Shown: positions 1 through 8,453, counted from the stretch's first letter. The stretch is 64,000 nucleotides of DNA from an uncultured Methylomirabilota bacterium (GCA_963705305.1 OY970067.1:544001-608000); one strand, 5' to 3'. Notes: a model not told the origin generated them from the letters alone. Program-made: numbers and translations.

Positions 1-224
1 GGAGAGTGCGCCCGTTACCTGTTGAGCGTCAGGAGGTATCGAGACTTCCAAAATCTCGTCTCACCCCGGCCGCCCTGGCAGGCGGTAACGGCCGCCAAAT
101 CCTCGCCAGCCGCCCTCCGAAATCGCCTGCTTACGTACTTTCTTCGCCGCGGCGTTCAGGTCGGTCACTGCACCGTGGAATTTCGGCTAGCAGGAGGAGG
201 AGCTACCGACGTGAGGCCGCCTGT

Positions 225-1742
225 TCATTCTAGGAAGTCGTCACCTGTTCCCGGTGTCGGCTTCTTCTGATCATTGCGCGCCTGGGACTCCACGATCGGC
301 ACCGCCCCGTAGGTCCTCCACGAGGCCTCCCGGATCTTCTCCCCCCGCCACGCCGGCGGCTCCTCCATCGGTTCCGGCGTCCGGAGGGGTATCGCAAAGG
401 CCCCGCCACCGAGCCGGGCCATCGCCTGCCCGGGCCGCAGTGCCACCAGGTTCTCTAGGGGGACCGGCCGCGCGAGATCTCCCGTCAGCGGATCTTCCAG
501 GAATTCTTTCCGCACCGCCGTGGCATCCTTGGCGCTCAGGGTGAAGGCGACGATGGAGGCCACGTTGCCGAAGATCTCATCCTGGAGCCCTTGCGGGAGT
601 TGCGAGGGAAATTGATGCGCAAGCGTGAGGGCGAGGCCGTAGCGCCGGCCCCGCGACAGGAGCTCCCGCCAGGTCCCCTCAGCCACCCCGGCAAAGGTCT
701 GGAACTCGTCGGCGTAGAGGTAGAAGGGGGTGCGCGCCTCCTGGGGGATGCTCTCCCGCCGCATCAGCTCCAGCTGGAACTTGGCGAGGAGCATCTGACC
801 GAGGAGGAGCATGCTGTCCGGGGCGAGGCCGGAGAGGTCGAAGAAGAGGATCTTCCCCTCGGCCAGGGCCTCCCGGAGGGAGAAGCTCGATGCCGGGGAA
901 CAGAGGGCCCGGCGCACGGGGAGCGGCCGGAGGAACTGGTCGAGGCGGTTCACGAGGGGGAGGTGCGCTCCCTTCGGGTAGCTGGGGTAGGTCTTGAGCC
1001 AGAAGTCCCGGAGGTACTCGTCGGGCATGCCTTGGGCGATCTCGGTCCGGTACGCCGAATCTTCCAGGAGCCGCTTCACGTCCCAGAGGGTGGCCTCCGG
1101 CCTGCCCGTGAGGCAGGCGAAGGCGTTGGCCAGGATCGGGGACATCCGGGCGCCGAACTCGTCCTCCCCCACCGCCCGCTTGAAGATGGCGAAGAGGTCC
1201 TCCCCGGCCCGCCCGCGGTCATCCCCATTCTCCACGGCGAGCGGGTTGAACGTGACCGGGTTCTTGGGGTGCCCCGGCGCGAAGTAGATCACCTCCGCCG
1301 CCCGGTCCGCCGGGACGAGGGGGAGGAGCCAGTCGCGGAAGAGCTCGGCCTCCGGGGCGATGACCCCGACCCCCCGGCCTTCCTCCAGATCCTCCGCGAT
1401 CAGGTGCAGGAGGAGGGTCGTCTTGCCGGAGCCGGTCTTCCCCACCACGTACAGGTGCTTCCGCCGCTCGTCGAGGGGGAGGAGCGCCGGGAAGCGGTAG
1501 AAGGTCGTCCCGAGCCGGATGGCGGGGACCTCGGAGAGCGCATCCACGAACGCGTCTTCCGGTTTCTTGCCTGCCTCAACTCCAGCACGGAAGGGCGCCC
1601 GGAGGAAGGGGAAATAGCGGTCCAGGTCGACGAGGATCGCCGCCGTTGCCTTCTCCTGCTCTTGTCGCTCGTAGGCGTCCCGGGCCTGCTGGCGCCGGGC
1701 CGCATCCTCTCTCTCGCGCTTCGCCCAGAAGTGAAAGTGCAT
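225..1742 (-). CDS. VirD4/TrwB/TraD-like type IV coupling ATPase (FtsK-HerA superfamily), no obvious TM anchor
   Basis: RKHLYVVGKTGSGKT Walker A, FYLYADEFQ Walker B, GRRYGLALTLAHQFPSQL and IFGNVAS motifs; ATG at 1742 with GGAGGG RBS. Confidence 0.85.
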   Translation of the reverse strand: MHFHFWAKREREDAARRQQARDAYERQEQEKATAAILVDLDRYFPFLRAPFRAGVEAGKKPEDAFVDALSEVPAIRLGTTFYRFPALLPLDERRKHLYVVGKTGSGKTTLLLHLIAEDLEEGRGVGVIAPEAELFRDWLLPLVPADRAAEVIYFAPGHPKNPVTFNPLAVENGDDRGRAGEDLFAIFKRAVGEDEFGARMSPILANAFACLTGRPEATLWDVKRLLEDSAYRTEIAQGMPDEYLRDFWLKTYPSYPKGAHLPLVNRLDQFLRPLPVRRALCSPASSFSLREALAEGKILFFDLSGLAPDSMLLLGQMLLAKFQLELMRRESIPQEARTPFYLYADEFQTFAGVAEGTWRELLSRGRRYGLALTLAHQFPSQLPQGLQDEIFGNVASIVAFTLSAKDATAVRKEFLEDPLTGDLARPVPLENLVALRPGQAMARLGGGAFAIPLRTPEPMEEPPAWRGEKIREASWRTYGAVPIVESQARNDQKKPTPGTGDDFLE

Positions 1743-1818
1743 GCCCGTCCCTCCGGCGAGGACCACGGCCCGGAGGACGACGACCCCCGCGGCCCCGGGG
1801 TCCCGCGCGGGGAACCCG

Positions 1819-2340
1819 CTACGAGAGGCCGAATATCCCCTTCGATTTCCAGTCGGTCGCGACCTCCAGGTGGCGCTTCGCCTTGATCTCTTCCACGGCG
1901 CTGCGGACCGCCTCGTGGACGACGGTCGTCCACGCCTTGAGGTCTTGCAGGTCGAACACATCCGGGTTCCGGAGGATGCCCAGGAGGTTGAGGAGCCGGT
2001 TCAGGATAGGGATGCGGGCCAGGAGGGCGAGGATCAATCCCCGCGTGGAGCCCGAGAGGTGCCAGCAGACGTCGAGCGTCGCGCCGTAGTCGCGCGCGAA
2101 GACGCACAGGAGGTGGTCCCGGAAGCGCGCGTTCGCGACGACGAGGCCGTCGCGGCGTTTCCCGGCGAGGCCCTTCACGGCGTTCGGGGCAATACTCTCC
2201 CGCCGCCAGGCCGCGTCCGGGGGGTGGAGCCGCGTGAGGTGGGCCTCCACGGCCTGGAGGAGGCCCTCCCCTTCCCCGTTGCATTCCTCCAGGATCGTCC
2301 CCCACTCTTCCTGGACCTTCTGTCGCATCAGGGTGATCAT
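1819..2340 (-). CDS. Hypothetical protein (173 aa) with one hydrophobic segment, upstream of the coupling ATPase
   Basis: ATG 2340 with GGAGG RBS; GC3-rich codons; MITLMRQKVQEEWGTIL...DVFDLQDLKAWTTVVHEAV; paralog immediately upstream. Confidence 0.75.
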   Translation of the reverse strand: MITLMRQKVQEEWGTILEECNGEGEGLLQAVEAHLTRLHPPDAAWRRESIAPNAVKGLAGKRRDGLVVANARFRDHLLCVFARDYGATLDVCWHLSGSTRGLILALLARIPILNRLLNLLGILRNPDVFDLQDLKAWTTVVHEAVRSAVEEIKAKRHLEVATDWKSKGIFGLS

Positions 2341-2651
2341 GCCCGGCCCTCCACCCCTACCTGGGGCCAAGAGTGAAGTGAATATACCCCACCCGATTGA
2401 GCCAATGTCAAAGGAACTCCGCCGCTTGCTGGCAACCGGCGCGCGGGATTCGGCAGCAAATCCCGGCGCTTGCCGAAGACGCCCCTGGGCCAGCCGCATG
2501 CGACACGCTCGCGGCGCCCGGTTCGGTTGGGGGCGTTGTGCTTCTGGAGGTTCCCCTCGATGGCCTGGAGCATCCCTTCGGCCTGGCCTTGGCACGGCTC
2601 CAGCACGGTCGGCCACTGCCCGACGATTCGGCCTCTCTTGAGTGTAATCAT
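2337..2651 (-). pseudogene. Truncated paralog of the 1819-2340 gene (about 66 homologous codons, then unrelated tail)
   Basis: MITLKRGRIVGQWPTVLEPCQGQAEGMLQAIEGNL...GKRRDLL aligns by eye with MITLMRQKVQEEWGTILEECNGEGEGLLQAVEAHL...GKRRDGL; strong GGAGGAGG RBS. Confidence 0.6.
2381..2411 (-). promoter_or_regulatory. Sigma70-like promoter for the 2340 gene and ATPase
   Basis: TTGACA (2411-2406), 19-nt spacer, TATATT (2386-2381). Confidence 0.4.
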
Positions 2652-3037
2652 GGCGCCCCCTCCTCCGCGCTGCGTCGTTCCCCGTTCGCATCAGCCTGGC
2701 GTCCCAGGCGTCCGACGTACAGCCGATGGAGGAGCGTGTCCTCCTTGCTGCCAAATCCGGTCAGCATGACGCCGTGGAGCACGCCCCCGGCGAGTCGCTC
2801 GGCCCACACCACCACCCCGCGGAGCCGGAGGCCGAGGCCGTGGAGATTGCACCGGGCCTCGATCAGGCTCTCCGGCGGCACGAGGGTGTCCAGGAAGAGG
2901 CAGCAGCCGCTCCCCGACAGGTCGTAGAGCACCCCCCGGAAGGCGAGGGGCGGGCTCACCGAGACCCCGTCCACGCGGTGCCGTGTCACATAGCGGGGGA
3001 GCCGGCGACGCTCCGAGTCTGAGCTGTTACCCACCAT
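2648..3037 (-). CDS. PilZ domain (c-di-GMP-binding) protein
   Basis: ERRRLPRY (RxxxR) and YDLSGSG (D/NxSxxG) motifs; GVVVW beta strand. Confidence 0.8.
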   Translation of the reverse strand: MVGNSSDSERRRLPRYVTRHRVDGVSVSPPLAFRGVLYDLSGSGCCLFLDTLVPPESLIEARCNLHGLGLRLRGVVVWAERLAGGVLHGVMLTGFGSKEDTLLHRLYVGRLGRQADANGERRSAEEGAP

Positions 3038-3163
3038 CAAGGGCTCCCGCTCTCCAAAGTCGGAATCGACGCTCACGCCGTCCGGAACAGGCGGATGCGT
3101 TCTCCGTCTCTGACATTGTTTCGCACCGCAGGAATCCAGTCTTCTCGCCCATCGCTCTCCCTG

Positions 3164-3640
3164 TCAACGGGCCATCCCGCTGAGACCTGATCCTTCCTGC
3201 CGGGTCTCGGAGGACGGTCGCGGCCGAAGTGCCGCGATGGCTCGGCGTAGCTCCTCGGCGTCGACCGGCTTCTTGAGCACGCCGTTGGCCCCCGCCTCCA
3301 TTCCAGCGAGGAAGCATTCGTCCCCCGCTCCCGTGAGGAGGAGCACGGGAATGGCCTTCGTGCGCGGGTCTCCCTTGAGCGCCCGGCACACATGGAGACC
3401 GTCTAAGCCTGGCATGGCCACATCGCAGAGGAGAAGATCGGGCGAGCGAGCGGCTACGGCAGTAAGGGCGCTCGGACCGTCGCGCACCATCTCGCTTTCG
3501 CAGCCGAGAGTCCGGATGAGCTCCGCCAGGAGCGCCCGGAGGAGCGGGTCCTCCGCCGCGATGAGGATGCGGAGCCGCCGGAGGTTGTCACCGGGAGGCA
3601 GCCCGGGACCATCCGGACGCTCGTCGGGCGGGGACTGCAC
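3164..3640 (-). CDS. Single-domain response regulator (receiver)
   Basis: PDLLLCDVAMPGLDG, VLLLT, VLKKPVD motifs. Confidence 0.85.
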   Translation of the reverse strand: MQSPPDERPDGPGLPPGDNLRRLRILIAAEDPLLRALLAELIRTLGCESEMVRDGPSALTAVAARSPDLLLCDVAMPGLDGLHVCRALKGDPRTKAIPVLLLTGAGDECFLAGMEAGANGVLKKPVDAEELRRAIAALRPRPSSETRQEGSGLSGMAR

Positions 3641-3663
3641 GCGGAGACCCCCCTGCTCCGCCG

Positions 3664-4233
3664 TCAGCGGAGGCGGTCGTCCTTGAAGACGATCTCCAGG
3701 ACGGCGTGGATGTCCGTGAGCTTGATCGGCTTCCGGAGGAGCATGGCCGGCCCGTACTCCAGGGCCGCGAGAGTTTTCTCATGATCCGGGAAGCCGGTTA
3801 TCAGCACGACGAGGGCATCGGGGTCTCGTCGCTTCACGGCTTGGAGGAGGGAGGCGCCGCTGATCCCAGGCAGGAGGATGTCGAGGAAGATGAGGTCGAA
3901 GTGCGCCTTGCGGAGGCACCGGAGAGCCTCCCGGCCGTCGGTCGCCAGGGCCACCTGGTACCCCCGGGCGGTGAGGGCGGCCTCGAAGGCCTCTCGGACC
4001 ACCGCCTCGTCATCCACCACCAGGATGCGCTTGGGGGGCGGACCCGTCAGCGTGGCGGGGATGCGGCGCGCGGCGAGGAAGGTGCGGAGGGCGGGCCGGG
4101 GGATCCGGTACCGGCCCCGCGGGACCCGGTAGGCTCCGAGCTTCCCGGTCCGGACCCAGTCGTAGACCACGACTCGGGTGACGTGCAGGAGCCGGGCGAC
4201 CTCCCCGGTGGTCAGGGGCTTCTCGTCGGACAC
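3664..4233 (-). CDS. Excisionase-type (HTH_17) DNA-binding domain fused to a receiver domain
   Basis: LTTGEVARLLHVTRVVVYDWVRTGKLGAYRVPRGRYRI, then ILVVDDE...FLDILLPG...LRKP. Confidence 0.88.
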   Translation of the reverse strand: MSDEKPLTTGEVARLLHVTRVVVYDWVRTGKLGAYRVPRGRYRIPRPALRTFLAARRIPATLTGPPPKRILVVDDEAVVREAFEAALTARGYQVALATDGREALRCLRKAHFDLIFLDILLPGISGASLLQAVKRRDPDALVVLITGFPDHEKTLAALEYGPAMLLRKPIKLTDIHAVLEIVFKDDRLR

Positions 4234-4268
4234 GCTGTGAGCCCCCCTCTACACTTCTTTAGAAAGTT

Positions 4269-4298
4269 AAAGTACTTCCTGTCTCCCCTCGCTGTCAA
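4269..4298 (-). promoter_or_regulatory. Sigma70-like promoter of the HTH-REC operon
   Basis: TTGACA (4298-4293), 18 nt, TACTTT (4274-4269) in an AT-rich gap. Confidence 0.45.
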
Positions 4299-4426
4299 CC
4301 AAAAAGTCCGGCAGAAAATCTGGCGGTGGGACCCGGTTGCTGGTAATCTCCAGCTCGGATGGGTCACCTGCCTGCGGCCCAGCCCAAGTATCCAACAACC
4401 GAAGGTCCGCACCTACAGGAGGACGC

Positions 4427-4702
4427 ATGGCCATCAATCTGAGACCTACCTTGCGGAAGGTGTTGGCGGAACTCCAGGCAGAGCGGACAAAGATTTCGCG
4501 CCAGATCGCAACCATCCAGCAGGTGCTAGCCGCTGAGCGGTCAGGGCGTCCGCGGGTCAGGGGGCGGGCCGCGTCGCGGCCCAAGCGGACCAGCAAACCC
4601 ATGAGCGCGGCAGCCAAGAGGGCCTTGAGTCAACGGATGAAGGCCTACTGGGCGAAGTGGAGGGCGGAGGCGGCAAAGCGCAAGGCCCCAGCCGGGAGGT
4701 AA
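4427..4702 (+). CDS. Small basic protein, coiled-coil N-terminus and K/R/A-rich C-terminus; possible DNA-binding/nucleoid protein
   Basis: AGGAGG RBS; LAELQAERTKISRQIATIQQVL ... MSAAAKRALSQRMKAYWAKWR. Confidence 0.75.
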   Translation: MAINLRPTLRKVLAELQAERTKISRQIATIQQVLAAERSGRPRVRGRAASRPKRTSKPMSAAAKRALSQRMKAYWAKWRAEAAKRKAPAGR

Positions 4703-4795
4703 CCTGACCCTACATTCCTCATCCCGGTGGCCCTCTCGGAGGCGGGCACGAAGCTCGGACCCATATCCACGGCATTCAGACCCCGGAGATCCCCC

Positions 4796-4918
4796 ATGGC
4801 GCAGCACAATTCAAAATGGGATAGTGAACACGTGGCGATGGTGTGCATCGCCCTGGGCGCAATCTTGACGCTCGTGTGGCTCGTTTGGAAGGTGCTCGCC
4901 TGGTGGATCGCCCGGTGA
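4796..4918 (+). CDS. Small single-TM membrane peptide (40 aa)
   Basis: GGAG RBS, ATG 4796; hydrophobic VAMVCIALGAILTLVWLVWKVLAWW. Confidence 0.5.
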   Translation: MAQHNSKWDSEHVAMVCIALGAILTLVWLVWKVLAWWIAR

Positions 4919-5251
4919 GATGCCGGAATGATGAGAGGTCGGTGAGGTCCGGAAAGAGAGAGGAACGCAGGCCAGAAGAAGCCGGGGGCGTGCGCTGCCC
5001 CAGAGCATTCGAGAGAGTGGACTCTCCCAACCGACCGGGGAATGTCCTTGACGCGGCCATCATCGGGCAGGCATCCTGGACAATGTACGCTCGGTTTCAG
5101 ACGGCTCTGGCGGCCGACGAGGGCACGAACGCGACGACCCGGGCTCTCTTCGCGGCTCTGCGGACCGGGGGCGGGGTGGCCGGCCCCGTCCAGAGTGGGG
5201 CCGCAGTCTCCTGTCGCCACCCCTGCCGAGATACATCCACGGAGACCGCCC

Positions 5252-5704
5252 ATGTTCCGCAAGCGACCGGGCGAGGAGCCCCCGGAGCTCCCCCAGCGTA
5301 CACGGGAGGCTGAGGTCGACGTGCCGGAGACGGTGATCGCCCACGGCTCGACGGTTCACGGGAGCATTCAGGGGCGGAACACGGTGCGCATCGCCGGCTT
5401 TCTGGAAGGGCAGATCAGTATCGGAGGCCTGGCCTGGATTGAGAGGCCCGGAGAGGTCCAGGGCACGGTCACGGCCCGCGAGGTGATCGTGGAAGGCCAG
5501 GTCCGAGGGGATATCGAGTCCTCCGGGAAGATCGACATCCGGGCCAGCGGCCGGATCCTCGGCAACCTGCGCTGCGTCACGCTCATCATGGCCGAGGGTT
5601 GCTTCGTCCACGGGGAAATCAGGATGCCGGGGGATCAGACTCCGCCGCTGACCCCTGTGAAGAAGGGGCAGAGCGCGGAGGACGAGCCGAAAACCGGTGC
5701 CTGA
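5252..5704 (+). CDS. Bactofilin (polymer-forming cytoskeletal protein)
   Basis: [13 protein letters not shown]...[11 protein letters not shown]...[22 protein letters not shown]...GRILGNL beta-helix repeats. Confidence 0.9.
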   Translation: MFRKRPGEEPPELPQRTREAEVDVPETVIAHGSTVHGSIQGRNTVRIAGFLEGQISIGGLAWIERPGEVQGTVTAREVIVEGQVRGDIESSGKIDIRASGRILGNLRCVTLIMAEGCFVHGEIRMPGDQTPPLTPVKKGQSAEDEPKTGA

Positions 5705-5793
5705 CTCCGGGTAAGCGGGCACCGGGTCAACGTCGTCGCTGGGTTCCCGCCGATGCCACGATCGCGCTTGCGGGGGAGGGGAAAGACAGGTCC

Positions 5794-6261
5794 ATGGGGT
5801 ACACGAAGATCGCGATGGAGCACGACAAGAAGATCGCCCTGGTCGCCCACGACAACAAGAAGCGGGAGCTGGTGGAGTGGGCCAAGTATAACCGGGATCT
5901 CCTGGCGCACCACACGGTGTATGCCACCGGCACGACCGGCAAGATCCTGGAAGAGGAGTTGGGCTTCAAAATTACCAAGCTCCAGAGCGGGCCCCTGGGC
6001 GGGGACCAGCAAATCGGCGGCAAGATTGCGGAAGGGAGCGTCGATTTCCTCATCTTCTTCTGGGACCCGCTCGAACCGATGCCCCATGATCCCGATGTCA
6101 AGGCGCTCCTGCGGCTGGCGGTGGTCTGGAACATTCCCGTGGCCTGCAACCGCGCCACGGCCGATTTCATGATCTCCTCCCCCCTCATGGATGGAGAATA
6201 TGACCGGCTGATGCTCGATTACGAGGAGTATCGCGCCCGGAAGGTGCCGGGGGCCGAATGA
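5794..6261 (+). CDS. mgsA: Methylglyoxal synthase
   Basis: [47 protein letters not shown]. Confidence 0.97.
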   Translation: MGYTKIAMEHDKKIALVAHDNKKRELVEWAKYNRDLLAHHTVYATGTTGKILEEELGFKITKLQSGPLGGDQQIGGKIAEGSVDFLIFFWDPLEPMPHDPDVKALLRLAVVWNIPVACNRATADFMISSPLMDGEYDRLMLDYEEYRARKVPGAE

Positions 6262-6343
6262 GCGGGCCAGACCGCAGCCCTCGATGTGCGCGAGGGGCCG
6301 GAGGTTGACGTGCGCCCTCCCCGGCCTGGCCGGCCGCTTCGGG

Positions 6344-6670
6344 TCACTCCCCGCGGGTGATTGGACCGGTGGTTCCCTGGGAGTGGTTCCCCGAGGGCTC
6401 CTCCCGATGGCCCGCCAAGCAGGCCTCGGCGATCCGGCGGAACAGGGGCTCGCTCGCGAGCGCGGGGCGCGAGGCCAATGCGTCCAGAATCTCTGCCGCC
6501 CATTCCAGACTGACCCCGGTGAGGTCCGCAATTTCCTGGAGGACCGCGCCGCGGCTCACGTCGGGGGCCGCGAGAAGCGGATCTTGGCGCGTGGCGAGAC
6601 GCGATGGCGGAGCCGTGCCTACCTCGCCTTCTCGGCTCCGGGGGGTGGCTCCATTACTCATCATGCCCAT
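6344..6670 (-). CDS. Hypothetical protein, possible HTH
   Basis: ORF with LQEIADLTGVSLEWAAEILDAL helix-turn-helix-like segment; start uncertain. Confidence 0.4.
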   Translation of the reverse strand: MGMMSNGATPRSREGEVGTAPPSRLATRQDPLLAAPDVSRGAVLQEIADLTGVSLEWAAEILDALASRPALASEPLFRRIAEACLAGHREEPSGNHSQGTTGPITRGE

Positions 6671-6898
6671 CTCTCTGCCGGATGGTGGGTAGTGTCCCCG
6701 AAATCAATCCGAAGAGAGGACCCGTCCGGCCCCATCGCACTAAGCTCTCACGCACGACTGGGGGGCCGAACGTCTTGCTCGGAGCCATGGCGCCGGGCAG
6801 TAGACGATCACGCTAGTGAACGGCTCTCCAGATGTCAACCGAGAAGCGCGTCATGAGCCTCCGCTTGCCAGAGATGGGGCCGAGCTAGGCACAGCGGT

Positions 6899-7951
6899 TC
6901 AAGCATCAGAACCTGCTGAGTCGCCCCTGATGGACACCATTGGAAGGAGGGACTGACCGGCTTCTCCCTGATCCACGGTTTTCCAGATCGACTCAAAAAC
7001 TGATTGTGGCCGCTCAGAACGAAGCCGCTTTTCGCTGGTGAACCAGAACATCCGAAGACCGTCGCGGAGCGACCCCCGTTCAGCGGCTGCTATGAGGAGA
7101 CTCCTCATCCGTTCTTCGGACTTCGTCACTGTCAGCACGCGGAAGCTCTTGATCCCGAGCTTCCTGATGTGCCCGCCCTGCGAGTACCACTCCCAGTATC
7201 CGAGGAGCTTCTGTAGGAACCGCCCCCGGGTCATCGTGGACCGATCGGCCTCCAGGAAGAAGAAGGCGCGGTTCCGGCCTTCGGGCAGCTCGGGGAACTG
7301 GAGGCCGAAGAAACCGTCCGGGTTGATCGGGAGAGTCTGGGATCTCCCGCTTGTGCCCACGGTCACGCGATCCTGGAGGGCGTGGCTTTCCGGCGTGAAG
7401 AAGAGAAGCCGAACATCCGGCCGCTCTCGGATCGCGAGCGTGAGCGCGATCCGGAAGTTCGCGATCATCGTTTGGTGCGCGATGTAGCGCTCTTGGAGAT
7501 CCTGGTTCTTCTTCCGCCACTCCCCGATGTCTTGCAGAACTCCCCGCTCCACGAGGATCTCCGCTCCTCTCCGACCCAGGGCGTAGACCATCGGGGCAGT
7601 TGGGTCTCCTCTCAGTCGGTCCAGATACCCGTGATGGAAGAGAAGCTGGAGTCGTCGATAGACGGCATCCCGGCTTTCCGGGAAAAGGAGAAGGTATTGA
7701 GGAGTGGACAAGAGACGATACTCGGCCGCGGCCTGGAGGAAAGTGAAGTCGCGTTCCTGGAGGACGAGCGGTGGCCGCCAGGAGGACTTCGCGCGGGTGA
7801 ATTTCGGGAGCCGACGGGAAGGAAGCAAAGCGGAATCCAGTCGGGGGGCAGAATATGTGGCAAACCCTCCGGGATAAAAAGGGTTGCCGGCAGAAACGGT
7901 ATCTGGAGACGTTTCGGGGGCGGTTTCCGGGACCATGCCCTCGCTCCTCAT
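6899..7951 (-). CDS. Replication-relaxation family protein (wHTH + PD-(D/E)XK nuclease)
   Basis: LQERDFTFL...RRLQLLFHHGYLDR...VYALGRRGA wHTH; HQTMIANF, INPDGFF, FFLEADRST nuclease motifs; GGAGG RBS. Confidence 0.88.
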   Translation of the reverse strand: MRSEGMVPETAPETSPDTVSAGNPFYPGGFATYSAPRLDSALLPSRRLPKFTRAKSSWRPPLVLQERDFTFLQAAAEYRLLSTPQYLLLFPESRDAVYRRLQLLFHHGYLDRLRGDPTAPMVYALGRRGAEILVERGVLQDIGEWRKKNQDLQERYIAHQTMIANFRIALTLAIRERPDVRLLFFTPESHALQDRVTVGTSGRSQTLPINPDGFFGLQFPELPEGRNRAFFFLEADRSTMTRGRFLQKLLGYWEWYSQGGHIRKLGIKSFRVLTVTKSEERMRSLLIAAAERGSLRDGLRMFWFTSEKRLRSERPQSVFESIWKTVDQGEAGQSLLPMVSIRGDSAGSDA

Positions 7952-7977
7952 CGGATCGCCTCCCGGGGGCAGTTCTC

Positions 7978-8007
7978 TTGTACCACTGTTGTACCATTCT
8001 TGTACCA
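7978..8007. repeat. Three direct repeats TTGTACCA with 11-bp period
   Basis: TTGTACCA at 7978, 7989 and 8000. Confidence 0.85.
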
Positions 8008-8054
8008 AACCGGGCCTGACGAACGGAAACGACTGTTGACGAGTCCTGAAACAT

Positions 8055-8098
8055 AAAGCCGGTAACCCATCGTCTTGTCGTGGGTTACCGGCTTTTTT
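8055..8098. terminator. Hairpin terminator downstream of tRNA-Leu (possibly bidirectional)
   Basis: AAAGCCGGTAACCCA-N11-TGGGTTACCGGCTTT perfect 15-bp inverted repeat. Confidence 0.75.
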
Positions 8099-8103
8099 CG
8101 GGG

Positions 8104-8187
8104 TGCCGGGGGAGGGAATCGAACCCTCATGGGGCAAGCCCCGCGGGATTTTGAGTCCCGTGCGTCTACCAGTTTCACCACCCCGGC
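8104..8187 (-). tRNA. tRNA-Leu(CAA)
   Basis: GCCGGGG acceptor, TGGTAGAC D-loop, GGGA-CTCAAAA-TCCC anticodon arm, long variable arm, GGTTCGATTCC; followed by CCC not CCA. Confidence 0.96.
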
Positions 8188-8202
8188 GTGAAAAGCGATA
8201 CC

Positions 8203-8231
8203 TTTTTAAGCCAGCCCCCCGAAGGTGTCAA
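8203..8231 (-). promoter_or_regulatory. Promoter of tRNA-Leu
   Basis: TTGACA, 17 nt, TAAAAA. Confidence 0.5.
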
Positions 8232-8280
8232 GGCGAATCAGGCCGCCGGCGCCGCTGCCGCGCCCGAGCGGATTTTTCCC

Positions 8281-8310
8281 TTGACGCGCCGGGTTCTGGC
8301 TGGGTATAAG
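8281..8310 (+). promoter_or_regulatory. Promoter of tRNA-Ala
   Basis: TTGACG, 18 nt, TATAAG. Confidence 0.55.
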
Positions 8311-8377
8311 ATGTTTGGGCTGAGGGCGAAGCGGCCGCGGCTGGACGCCGAATGACCTTCAGCTCTTTGGCATTTCT

Positions 8378-8453
<76 letters not shown>

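Larger units (their letters stand above)
1..8103. mobile_element. Putative integrative/mobilisable element or genomic island inserted at the 3' end of tRNA-Leu(CAA); other boundary and integrase lie outside the window
   Basis: Directly downstream of the tRNA 3' end; carries replication-relaxation nuclease, VirD4-like ATPase and excisionase-type HTH; phased direct repeats next to the tRNA; tRNA ends ACCC not ACCA. No second att copy or integrase seen in the window. Confidence 0.65.

Noticed and set aside
1..270. Short ORFs at the window start (6-233, 22-270)
   Set aside because: No motif, atypical codon usage and overlap with the ATPase 3' end; cannot exclude the tail of a gene entering from the left
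591..1886. 431-aa plus-strand ORF and similar long antisense ORFs (e.g. 8792-10696, 31363-33030, 42635-44515, 46295-48268, 61809-63893)
   Set aside because: Shadow ORFs opposite well-supported genes, expected in high-GC DNA; no recognisable motifs
5060..5085. GCATCCTG resembling a MOBP oriT nick motif
   Set aside because: Too short, no adjacent inverted repeat and no MOBP relaxase in view
7952..8181. N-terminal extension of the Replic_Relax ORF to 8137, and ORF 7948-8181
   Set aside because: They run through tRNA-Leu and its terminator; the RBS supports ATG 7951
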